From Amoebophrya sp. A120 (taxonomy: Eukaryota; Protista; Dinoflagellata): DNA of 64,000 nucleotides. This document shows, piece by piece, positions 46,963-58,166 of this stretch. Position numbers and translations under genes: made by a program. Every line of letters begins with the position of its first letter. The stretch's first letter is position 1. Below the pieces are notes generated by a model that searched no databases, was not told the origin of the DNA, and saw only the letters and a program-made list of their open reading frames with translations. Where the stretch lies: NCBI GenBank assembly GCA_905178155.1, contig CAJINV010000002.1:10050650-10114649 (forward strand), given 5' to 3'.

Positions 46963-49244
46963 TAGAAAGGGCGAGATCTTTTTGTCCTGCTGCGTTCTTT
47001 ATTTCACAGGGCTGTTGTGGGTCGGTTTCTGTGGTGGTTGATCTGCAGAAGACTGTCTGAAACCCATTACCAGCGTTGCTGTGCAGTTGTTTCCAACAGA
47101 GTACTATGCAAAAGAGAATAAACAGAAAAGCAGCTTCTTGTTCACAGCGTTGCCGCAGCGGTGCAAGGGTTGCTAATCGTTTCGCTATTTTGATCTGCTA
47201 AATCTACGTGTACTTAATCTTTCTTGGACTCTTCAGTTGCGTTAAATACCGTGTCCAAAAAGGTACATGAAAAGTGATTTGTCGACCCAATGTGCAGATG
47301 GGTTTGGAATTGTATTACCGAATTGAGAATAAAGCGAGAATGTTTTGCGTTCGAAAATGTACATGAACGAAAGAAGGCAATGAGTTTTTCCGCATTGCTA
47401 CAAGTCTTGCTGATAGAGATAGAAAAGAGTATTGAAATAAACGAGCGAATGAAATATTCTGATCCTCGCTAAGGACGTTCGACGGTGTTCATCCATGGCA
47501 GATAGCTTGTCTCAGCTTCAGGTTCAGATCATTTACATCATCAACCCGCAGACACTTCAACGCAAACGATGGAAATTGACAGACTAAAGATAGGATCGCA
47601 ATCATTTTCCATCTTGGTTCGTGCACCCAGTCCATAGTGAAAGTTCTCTTTGTGGCATAGGCAGACATAGTATACATAGAAATCGAGATGCACGAAATGG
47701 CGGAAACGCAGCAACATCAAGACCGTGAGAACTTGAATTTGAAATTTCCAGAGTAAGAATGAATGTTCCAGATGAAAGTTCTTCGACATAGACCCTTCCG
47801 TACAAAAATTTTCAAGCGCTAAAGAACCACAAACCCGAGAGAATAGAGGCTCACCCTCCATGAGCCTCATTGACATTGCAGTTCGCTGTATCCAATGAAA
47901 ATTTGAACCACTTCACACAGCGACCTGACGAGCCAATAGTGCAATGCAGAGTAGTAGAAGGTGACAGTGGATAAAGGAAGGACGCGCTTGTTGCCTAGAA
48001 GTATTGCTTCTTGGTTCGAATCATAGCGCATTTGTGTAATTCGGAGCAAGGCCGGTTGTGCAGACGCCGAATTATAAATCAAAAACCACCCACAGAGTCT
48101 CACCCTGTAATCAGCCCACCACGAGTACGTAGTAGAAGTTTATCAGGTTTTTTTCAAAGCTAACGTACCAGTGGCGATTGCAGTAGTGTCAGTGTCTTTT
48201 CAGACTTTACTAGAATCTGGCGGTTTTTTTTTACGGCATACTGCACCTTTTAGCAAATTTAAGGAAAGCGCTAAGAGTATTTTTTTATCAAGCGCAGCCG
48301 CACAAGGAATTTTAGTTATCACTTTTCTTTACGGTAATATCTTTTTTGCTTTAGTTAGTCGTTTCTTAGTTTAGTTTTCGTAGTTTATTTTTCCAAAGTT
48401 TCGTTCTTGATCTTGCTTTCGCCATACTTTTTCTACTAGCTTCAGACAGCTCTTATCTAGGCTACTTTTCACTCCTTCTGCTTTTTCTGACTCCAGAGGT
48501 AGTAATACTCATCATTGTCGATATAGCTTCATCTGCTTCTTATCCTTTATCCTTCTTTACGATTCGATTCGCATATTCCGCATAGTTATTTCACATATTT
48601 GTTTCTGTGGCATAGGACACATCTACTATCGTTCTGCAGCAGCATACAACAACCAGAGTCGGAACCACAGCGTGCTGCAGCGCAACCGTTCGCACACACG
48701 TCTGCTGGACACCGTAAAGCACTGGAAGGTGAGGTCGGGCTCAATCAAATTGTAAGAGGTGCTCAGTAGAGTAGCCTGTAATACTTAAACGCTTCTGAGA
48801 CCGCTAACAGTACTACTACCTATTTTGTAATAACTTCGCTGCCAGGCCCAGGGCGCCGCGCAAAGTTAAACCCGCTATGGTAGTAGAAAATATTTCTACT
48901 ACAGTACAATAGACGGAATCACCACATGGACCACGCGCAAGCATTAGGCGGCTAAAAAACTAAAACTAACCGGTGGAGCACGAGAAGGAGTTGCGCTCAT
49001 TGTCGTGCTGGAACAAACCTCTACCAGCTCAACGTCCACCGCCTTAGAGATTTCTCCTCGTCAACGCACGGATAGAAAACCAAAACTCAACATACCGAAC
49101 AGGAGCGGTGCCTCGAGTAAAAACTTGATCATGCAGATCCACGACAATAAGCCGCAGGACGAGAATCTTCATACCATTCCATCTCAAGAAGACGGCGTGC
49201 TTCTTCGGACCTAGGGAAGAACAAGGGTAGTAGTTCCTCTTTCA

Positions 49245-52200
49245 ATGGGTATGAGCACCGGCCCTGTCCCGGCTGCCATGCAGCTGACCGATGTGCTTCT
49301 CGCGTGTAGCAAGCCGGAGGAGGTTTTGCGTAAAAATGCGGAGCAGCAGCTGCAGCACGCGCTGCACAACCACACCGACGAGTATTTCAAGCTACTCGCC
49401 GAGGAGCTCGCGGACGATTCCAAGCCCGCGGTAACGCGCCAGCTGGCCGCGACACAGCTCAAAAACGCCCTCTACGGCAAATCCAAGTCCTCCAACCGCG
49501 ACGCCGAGCAGCGGTGGCTGGGCACCAGCGACAATGTCAAGGTGCGCGTCCGAGAGCTGCTCGTGCTCTCCCTACAGAGCCGGGAGGAAATCGGGAGGAA
49601 ATTTGCAGCACTGGTATTGATAGTGTGGAAATAGATTACTAGTTTTGCTGAGCGAAGTAGAGTAGTCATCAACAGCATAGATCCCAACTAGTCGTGTAGG
49701 GCCAAGATCGTGCGGTAGTCTTTCCTCAAGATTGTGATTAGTGAAAAAGTGCAGCAAAATAAACGCTAGAGGCGCGAACGAGTTTTACTTTGCAAGAAAT
49801 CTACTTCCGACGTTTTAACCCCACATACAACAGGTTTTCGGCAAGCTGGCAGCGATTGAGATTCCGAACCGATCCTGGCCGAAGCTAGTTCCCTGTCTGT
49901 TGGAAAGAATAGAGAACGCGAAGAATGAGTACTCCCAGGACACAAGGAAGGCGGCGATTCAATCGCTGGGGTTCATATCGGAGGAGCTTGCACTTCTCTC
50001 CGATGAGGGAGCCTACCGCATGAATGAGGCCGACACCACGGCTATCCTCGCAGCAATCGTGCAGGGTATTATAGCTACGTGGTCTACTGTGCTCAAAGTT
50101 TTGTTTGCGTACAGTTTTTTCAGACCCAGCTACAGATGTGGGTTTAGCAGGCTGCATTCTTGTTGGTGGAATCGATTTCACTGGAATCATTTAAAAAATA
50201 GTAGGTTGTCGAGAACTTCTACTTCTTCGCTGTACTATAATTTCACAGGTATGCTCGACGAGGCCCGGGAAATTAAGCTGGAAGCCACGAAAGCCATGCT
50301 TTTTACCATTCTCCTGGCCGAAGACGCTTTTCACAAGCAGGAGCACCGGGATATGCTGATGGAGATCGTGTTGCGCTCCTGCATCGACCACAATGACAAA
50401 GAAATCCAAATGAGCAGCCTGGAGATATTGACCAAAGTCTTCGAAAGGTACTTACAATTATAGCCACGTAGCTGGTGCTGTCCTGCTAAGACAAATAAGT
50501 ATCTATGCAGAAGAACGACGAGAAAAAATCCCATTTTTTTTCAAGTCCACCCCATCAACAAAAAAAAAGGTATTACGATCATATGGGTCCTTACATCAAA
50601 GTGATCGCGGAGGCGACATGGCAGCTGATTGAGAGCAACATTGAGGGCGTGGACATCCGCGCGATGATGGTCTGGACCCAGATTGCCGAGGAGGAGCTGA
50701 ACATTCTGGAGGAAAACGCGTACGCCGGCCGGGAAATACGCCGGTGTTTAAACTTTATCAGCGACGCGCGGGAAATCCTGATTCCCCACTTGACAAAAAA
50801 ACTCATCGACTTGCACCAGGCCGAAGACTACGACAGCGAGGAGTACACGCTGAAAATGGCCTCGCAGATCTCGCTCAGTAAGAAAGAACTTTTTATTCAG
50901 CATGACGAGCTTTCTTCCTACAAAAAGAAGTCCTGATGTTTTACTTGACTGGATGAATCAATTGTTGAACTTTATAAACTTTTCCAAAATAAAACAGAGT
51001 ACTGCGCGCAAATCTTGCGCAACGACGTGATATCACCCGTGGTGAAGTTTGTCGGTACCTACAGCCAGAGCAGCAACTGGCGGGAGCGCGAGGCGGCGAT
51101 TCTCGCGGTGGGCAGTATGATGGACGGGCCCGAATCGGGGTCCGAGCTGGAAACCATGTTGTCGGGGTGCTTTGACTACCTGTATGAAAATCTGTCGTAT
51201 CAAATGTAAAAATGTCTGGGTCTGGAAGAGTCATGCTGTTTTTGCATGACACAGAAGGTCTGGCATGGAAGCTCTAGCATCACAGGTTTCGAGAACCTTC
51301 CGCAATGCCGAATCCGCATGACAAGTCCCCTATTTTGCTGACGAAAAGTGGGAGCTTTTGCTACGTATGCATGAGAGACTTTTCTGTGTTCTGAAATACG
51401 CATTACAAGTTGCATTCTTCCAGACCCAGAGATTTTTGCATTTGATATGTCGCACAACGTGATCGCCGTCCGGGATACCACCGCCTGGACGGTGGCGACC
51501 ATCGTGAAGCACCACATATCAAATGTAAAAATGTCTGGGTCTGGAAGATTGCCAGGTTTGTCATGCACATTTTGCATGACTCCTCATGTCTGTGATGCAT
51601 GCCCTAGCATCACAGATTTTGTGAGGGCTTCCTGATGCCTATATCGCATGACAAATGCTCTTTCCTTGTAGCAAAACTTGGACTCTTACTCTTTTTGCTG
51701 CTCATGCAATACAGATTTTAGAATCCAAAATCAGCATGACAAGTTGGATTCTTCCAGACCCAGACATTTTTACAGTTGATACCACATGAAGATCTGCAAC
51801 GTGGACGTGCTGTTGGAGCGGCTGGCCATCCAGATGGACCAGGACGTCCCGCGCGTGAACCGACACATCTGCTTCGCGTTCCACGTGGTCTCCGAGCAGG
51901 GCTACCAGATGAACGAGCAGCTGTTTCAAAAGGTGGCCGCGGTTCTCCTGAAAAACGCGGAAGACGAATCCAGTTCCGCGAAGGAGCAGCGACTGCAGAT
52001 ATCAAATGTAAAAATGTCTGGGTCTGGAAGATTGCCAGGTTTGTCCTGCACATTTTGCATGACTCCTGATGTCTGTGATGCATGCCCTAGCATCACAGAT
52101 TTTGTGACGGCTTCCTGATGCCTATACCGCATGACAAATGCTCTTTCCGTGTAGCAAAACTTGGACTCTCTTTGCTGCTCATGCAATACAGATTTTCTTA

Positions 52201-53728
52201 GAATCCAAAATCAGCATGACAAGTTGGATTCTTGCAGACCCAGACACTTTTACAGTTGATAGCAGAGCAACGCCTACAACGCCCTGGCGATCATGATCAA
52301 AAAGAGCTGCAACACCGGGCTGGGGCAGAATCTTCACATGCAGAATGCGAACAGCCCGGTTGTGAGCATGATGACGGTCCAGAAGATCACGGAAGTGATT
52401 CTAGACCGGCTGGAGCAAGCGTTGCGACAGAAACGGAATGACCCACAGTGTGAGTTACACGGAAATCTCTGCGTGTGCCTGTCGGAGCTGGTCGAAAAGT
52501 TCCCGAAGGAACAAATCCTGCAGAATCAAGCCTTGCCAGACAGGATCATGACATTGTATTTTTTGCTCTGCTATAGTGAAATGTTTTTCTGTTGTGGCCA
52601 CCGAACAGCAGTCATTGTATGCATCGCAACTTCAGAGAAATGTTTATCAATAATTTTACCGGTCTGACTGCGCACGGTGATATCATGATGAAGGAAGTTC
52701 TAATCGAGGATGAGGAAAACAACACATCACAGGTACGTCGAGGCTCTGGATTTGTATGCGATCCAGAACGAGAACACGCACGTGCTCCCGGACGCCCTGA
52801 TGGCCGTTGGTTTGATGATAAAGAAGCTGGGCAGCAATTTCGAGCCATACATGCAGCGATGCGTCAAGTACTTCCAGATGGGTCTTCAGAATTACGAAGA
52901 TGTGCAGACCTGCAACATGTGCACCGCGCTTATCGGCAACCCGCTAGCCAACAATTTGCGGGAGCGGTTTCTGCCTTATAGCGAGCAATTGATACAGCTA
53001 GTGATAAATAACGTGCGCCAAGAGGATGTGGATAAGAAGGTACGAGGAATTTTTTTTCATTCTAATAATGAAATGAGTAGTCAAAGTCATTTATTTTTTA
53101 TCCACTTAAAAATCCGGTCTTAGCTTCATTTGACGACCTCTGGTGTACGAAAAAACAGATCAAGCTTTCCTGCATCTGCGCGCTCGGCGACGTTGCAATG
53201 GCCCTGGGCGGCAAATTTGCTCCCGCGCTCCCCCAGGTGGGGCAGGTGCTGCAGCTAGCCGCCTCGGTGCAGGTAGAGGACGCCGACCTGGACAGTTATG
53301 ACTGGATCGAGTACGTGAACAAGCTGCGCGAAACCGTTCTCGAGGCGTACATTTCTATCGCCTACGGCCTATCCGAGGGGAACGAACTGCACCAATTCAA
53401 GAGTTGGGTCACCCCGATTCTGGGGCTGATCAGCATCATCGTGCAAGACAGCAAGCGAAGTAACCCGAACGACGGCGGTAACAGCAGCGGAAGCATGCTC
53501 ACCACGACGTCGCCCGGAAGTAGCTCTTTGGTTTCCAAAGACGTGATGAAGCAGGCCTGCAACACGATGGGCGACTTGATCAACTTCTTCCAGAAGGAGC
53601 TCTGCAGCTACCTGAAAGACGCCCCGTTCCTGCCCGATCTGATCCAATACGCGCAGAACACCAATGACGCCGATGTACTCAACACTCTTTCTTGGCTGAA
53701 AACCGGACTGCAAAAGTACGGCGCATAA
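49245..53728 (+). CDS. KPNB1: Importin subunit beta-1 (karyopherin beta 1), multi-exon
   Basis: LRKNAEQQL, RQLAATQLKNAL, AAIEIPNRSWP, SNWREREAAILAVGSMMDGP, VRDTTAWTV, SNAYNAL, CALGDVAMALG, DWIEYVNKLRETVLEAY; about six GT-AG introns plus three introners. Confidence 0.93.
51198..51447. mobile_element. Introner element, family A2 (reverse orientation)
   Basis: Family-A TIRs; TSD TGTCG; joins NLS|HNVIAVRDTTAW. Confidence 0.95.
51517..51781. mobile_element. Introner element, family A1
   Basis: Family-A TIRs; TSD CCACA. Confidence 0.95.
52000..52261. mobile_element. Introner element, family A1
   Basis: Family-A TIRs; TSD GCAGA; near-identical to 1114, 46395 and 51517. Confidence 0.95.
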
Positions 53729-55866
53729 TGATCAACCTGTTGGCAAGAACGACCAGGCTGCATAGTAGAAGTTGTAAAATGAATCACAAGCGACTACGAC
53801 TTCTAGGAGAACTGTAACAGTTTCGGCTCGCTGCAGCGGAAAGTGTAGTGGTGATCGGCTTATTTCTTGTTGCGACGTTGGTACAGGCGGCTCAGCTCTC
53901 CTCCGAGTCGGTGGAAGAAAGCCGCGGCATTCGCAGCCGGCACGGTCGATCGCAACCCGATCTTTTTGGAGGAGGTTCGTCTCAACTAGGTACATCTTTT
54001 CCGCCCCAGAGGACACGGCCTACCCGCTGGGGATGGTACTGTTGGGACCCCTCTCCCCGTGCAAGATTCATCGCTGGCAGCCTGTGTTGAGACCCCGGAG
54101 CGCACCACACGTCGAAGTAAAAAGAAAGCAATTATAACAGTAACACTCACGACCACGCTCCTACCGCTCCTACAGATAGATAAAAGATCAACGAGAACAA
54201 AAAACACACACACAAACTCACATCGACGAAAAACCACGGCAATACTCCCTGCCGCTGGGATCAGACGCAATACAAGCGAAGAAAAACTAGTACAATGCGT
54301 ATTTACACTAAACACACACACAACTTTATTATTCGAGAATCAATAGCAACAGTTAAACTTAAAACACACACACAACTTTAGTTTTTAGCGTATTTTCACA
54401 CAGCACTGATGTCTTGGCAAGACAAGAGCATCTATAGACGAAACGTGTGAGTCGCTACGACGAGCTGCTCACACGTAAAAAAAAATTTAAGGCGCGTGCT
54501 CTATTGGTAGTGGCGAAATAAAAGGTATTTTACACGACCCGGAGACCAGGAGGAGAATGTTGTATGAAAATTGTCAAAGGAATGTACGACGTAGTAGCAT
54601 TTCATTTCCTGTATCCGGAACAACGAAGCCACACGTATACGAAATTTTATCATAGAGCACTCGCGGTGGAAGCCGCGTCTCGCGCAAATAGTATCCTAGT
54701 CCACCCCCGAAGAGTTGCGGTGGGGGCTCAATCGCAATAAAGGCAACCCACCCGGTCTGCCCCGCCTGGTAGCGACTACTTTGAAAGAACATTGTATAGT
54801 GATGATGTACTTCTTCTTCTGCCACAACAAGATAGAAGGAGCAAGAACTTCTCATGCTCGTGCCTCTTTTCACCTTTCTCTAGGTGCCGAAAGGCTCGTG
54901 CGAGTTGAAGAACGTATACTCTTCACCACGAGGAGCAGTGCAGAGCTGCGACTAGTGGAGTTTTACCTTTCTCTTAGCGAATCTAATTCTAATCGCAATT
55001 CCTATTCGTCTTCTCCCCTAAATTTTTTTTCTTCTTTTTTTTCTTCGTTTTCCTTTTCGTAGTTTTTGTATTCTTGGTTTTGGTTTTGATGTGGTAACAT
55101 GTAGATGCACCGCTACCGTTACGACATTTACTACTCGTTTATTTTGGTTTGGTATCACAGTTCTCGAACGACAAGAAGGGGAATGTTATGGCCGCAAAAC
55201 CTTGCAGTTTAGAATTCCCTACGGACGACACGAGGCGAAAAAAGAAGATGGGCCTGATCTCTTCTCGCTGCGCACGTAATTATTTTCAAGAATGTAGTAA
55301 GTATCGAAAGGCAAGAGGAAATAAAGTCTGAGTTGATTAAGAAACAGGCACAGAAAATCCTAGTTGCCGTTTGGTCTCAGCCGGTTGTGTTGTTCCTGCC
55401 TCAGACCGAGAAGATACTTGTTTCCTCTGGATATTAGTTCTTGTCGTGCTACTTCGCGGACGATGTTTGGCAGGCAAGCATGATCAGTTTTTTGGGAGCA
55501 CTCTGTTGCGTATTTCTACTTCGCATGAGAAGTCGCACTTTTGCAATACAAACAAGCGATGTAATTGCTGAGCAACATGCATGCATCACAAATGATGCTA
55601 GATCCATGTCAGACAAGACAAAAGATTGAAATTTCGAAATGAAGATCTAACAGCCGATAAATGGGCCTGTGTTGCCCGTCCGTGTCCTTTGAGTCCGTGT
55701 CGTGGTTTGATCTGTAGTCGATGATGCGCTGCGTGGTGTGCTTGTTTCCAAATTCTGCGACAAATACAATGACAATTACAAAAAAATCGCTCCAGTCTAT
55801 TGCTTGAAAGATTGTATCTTTTCTCAGTTGACCAATTTTAGCTTTTTGCTAACAAAATCTGCAAAA

Positions 55867-56473
55867 ATGGCTCAGCAAGGAAGCGTCAAATTCTTCAACT
55901 CCGAGAAGGGCTTCGGTATTGACAAAACTTGGGTTATCAGTGATGCGACGGAGTTTTTGACCGGTCGCTCTTATGCCGAGCGACTGAGTATGATGATTTT
56001 TCCCAGTTGTTCTGCCCAGGCCTGCGGGTAGATGTGCATTGAAAAATAAATTGAACAAATCAATAAATCAGGCTTCATCACGCCGGACCAGGGTGGCGAG
56101 GACATCTTCGTTCACTTTTCCGCCATCGAGTCGCAGGGATTCAAGAGCTTGAACGATGGTATAAAATTGCAACGGTCTGATGGTTGAAAATTGACAGTTG
56201 CACATGCAAATTACTAGCGAAGAACAAGATCAGGGTATTTATTTCGGTATTGTAGTTTCTCTAATACACCCGTGCCATGCCGACAACGAAAATATCCAAC
56301 CCAACTCAGGTGAAACCGTGAACTTCGACACTATTTGGGACGACCGCAAGCAGAAGTCTTGCGCCGCCAACGTGACAGGGCACGGAGATGGTGTCCCGCG
56401 CGAAAAGGGCGGAAAGGGAAAGGGCAAGGGATTCGGCGGAAAGGACCAGGGATACGGCGGCGGCTACTGGTAA
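55867..56473 (+). CDS. Cold-shock domain protein with Gly-rich tail (3 exons)
   Basis: [17 protein letters not shown]|[18 protein letters not shown]...SLNDG|ETVNF...AANVTG...GGKGKGKG; introns 55916-56071 and 56159-56309. Confidence 0.95.
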
Positions 56474-58166
56474 ATCACTTCGCTTGACGCGGAAATGCGG
56501 AAGAAGCGTGTTAACTACGGTTTTTCGGAAATTTTCACCCGTCGATGATGTGAATGTGATATGGGAGCTAAATGGAAAAAGTAATGTGATCTCTTGCATA
56601 TGTGTTGAAAGAGGCTAGATTTTGAAAAAACACTTACCGAGCTGCAGTCTCGCCATCGTGAAGAAGTTGCGAGCACTGTGTGCGAGCGACCTCTTGCGAG
56701 AGTGTGCTTGTAGTTTCGGGATCTGTTTGATCGAAGTAAAAGCTACTAATGTTTTTATGTTTTCAAATTAAAGATGCATCAATGAATACTTCCTTTTCTT
56801 TTTCTTCACTACTACTTACTCAACAAAATGGCATTGAAAATACGAACAACAGAGGGGTCAACTAAACACTATTCAATGGCACGGCGTTACCGTCTGAAAG
56901 ACGGATAGTCACCGATAGTAATAGTGCTTTTATGGCACTCGTATACTGAAGTGGGGTGTGAGAGCCCCCATGACTTGGATAGTGTTTTTGATTGTGTATT
57001 GGAGTGAAAAAAGAAATTGATGAGAAGAAATGGATGCCCTCGCTGTTCAGCTTCTTCTGCGTTTTCTTCTTTGCGAGAGAAACAACGGAGAAACAAATCC
57101 CATCCCGAGAGGACTCATGACCAGCAAATGCGCAGCGTTTGTTGACAGATGTTTTCTTTTGTATCAGACTGCTCGTGCCTTAGATCTTCGAGACGCTAGT
57201 ACTTTTTTCGTCTTTTGGCACGATCGCGAGACTCTTCTCGGCTTTGGACCTCACAGGTCGGTACTTACATCATCCGGGAGGTCTTCGAAGTCCACCGGCG
57301 TATGGTGAGATGAACTTGCGATCCACATCAAAGAAATACTGGCAATTAGTGGATGAAAATGGGTCAGATTCACGGGATCCCGCTCTAGCGCTGGGACAGC
57401 CAATGATCGCTCAAATGGATCGAAGGAGACAAGACATCTGGATCTGAAGCAACACTAGTGTAAGAGACGAGAATTGTCGGAAGAGCGAACAAGACTTTCG
57501 GTCTTCTCGTGTTTTCAAATCATGACTGCACAGCACAGGGTGAGTGCACAAAATAAGATCAACGGTGGAAATAACTGCTAGCAGAAGGTCGCTTGGTCTT
57601 GTGGAAAGATATCGCGATCTTTTTTTTAGTCAGATCAGGAGCATCACCTGTACCTCCACGTCATTTTTTTTACCAAAAAGCGTTCACCAGGGTAATTTCG
57701 TTCGAAACCTGCAAACTGCGCAGCTAAATGAGTCAGTACTTATTTGTTTAGGGTTCGATTTTTTAACTTGAACGATAAAAGCACGAAATACATCAAATAA
57801 AGACCTCGACGCATACGCATTTTTTCTAGCGGCAACAACTGAAACTGCACCTACTTTTAATAGGATCTTCACCAAGCGAATCCCACTTCTTCGTTCTTGT
57901 GCTAGTTTGTAATCTTCTCGTAGTCGTGTAAAAAATGTACCCATAACTAAATCTAAACCTACCTAATTGCTTAAATCTATGTACCTGCATTTCCATGTAA
58001 GCTCGCTTGGAAATCTGGGATTTTATAAAGCAACACATTGCGTTCGTAACGCTTGCCACTTCCATTGAGCATTTTTCCTTTTTAGATTTAGGAAATCAAT
58101 ATTATATATAAAGCCTATTTTCAAATTTCATTTTTTTCCGCCACTTTTGAAAGCTACAAAATTACG

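Noticed and set aside
47290-49214. Short ORFs in the long region upstream of importin beta
   Set aside because: No coding-like composition or motifs; treated as intergenic or UTR.
1114-52261. Recurrent peptides (IKCKNVWVWK, SNVKMSGSGR, LPDPDIFTFD) as a repeated protein domain
   Set aside because: They are translations of the family-A TIR in different frames and disappear once the elements are removed.
51198-52261. CRISPR-like array of repeats with unique spacers
   Set aside because: The repeats are ~250-bp TIR elements, the spacers are importin-beta exons, the context is eukaryotic, and there are no cas genes.
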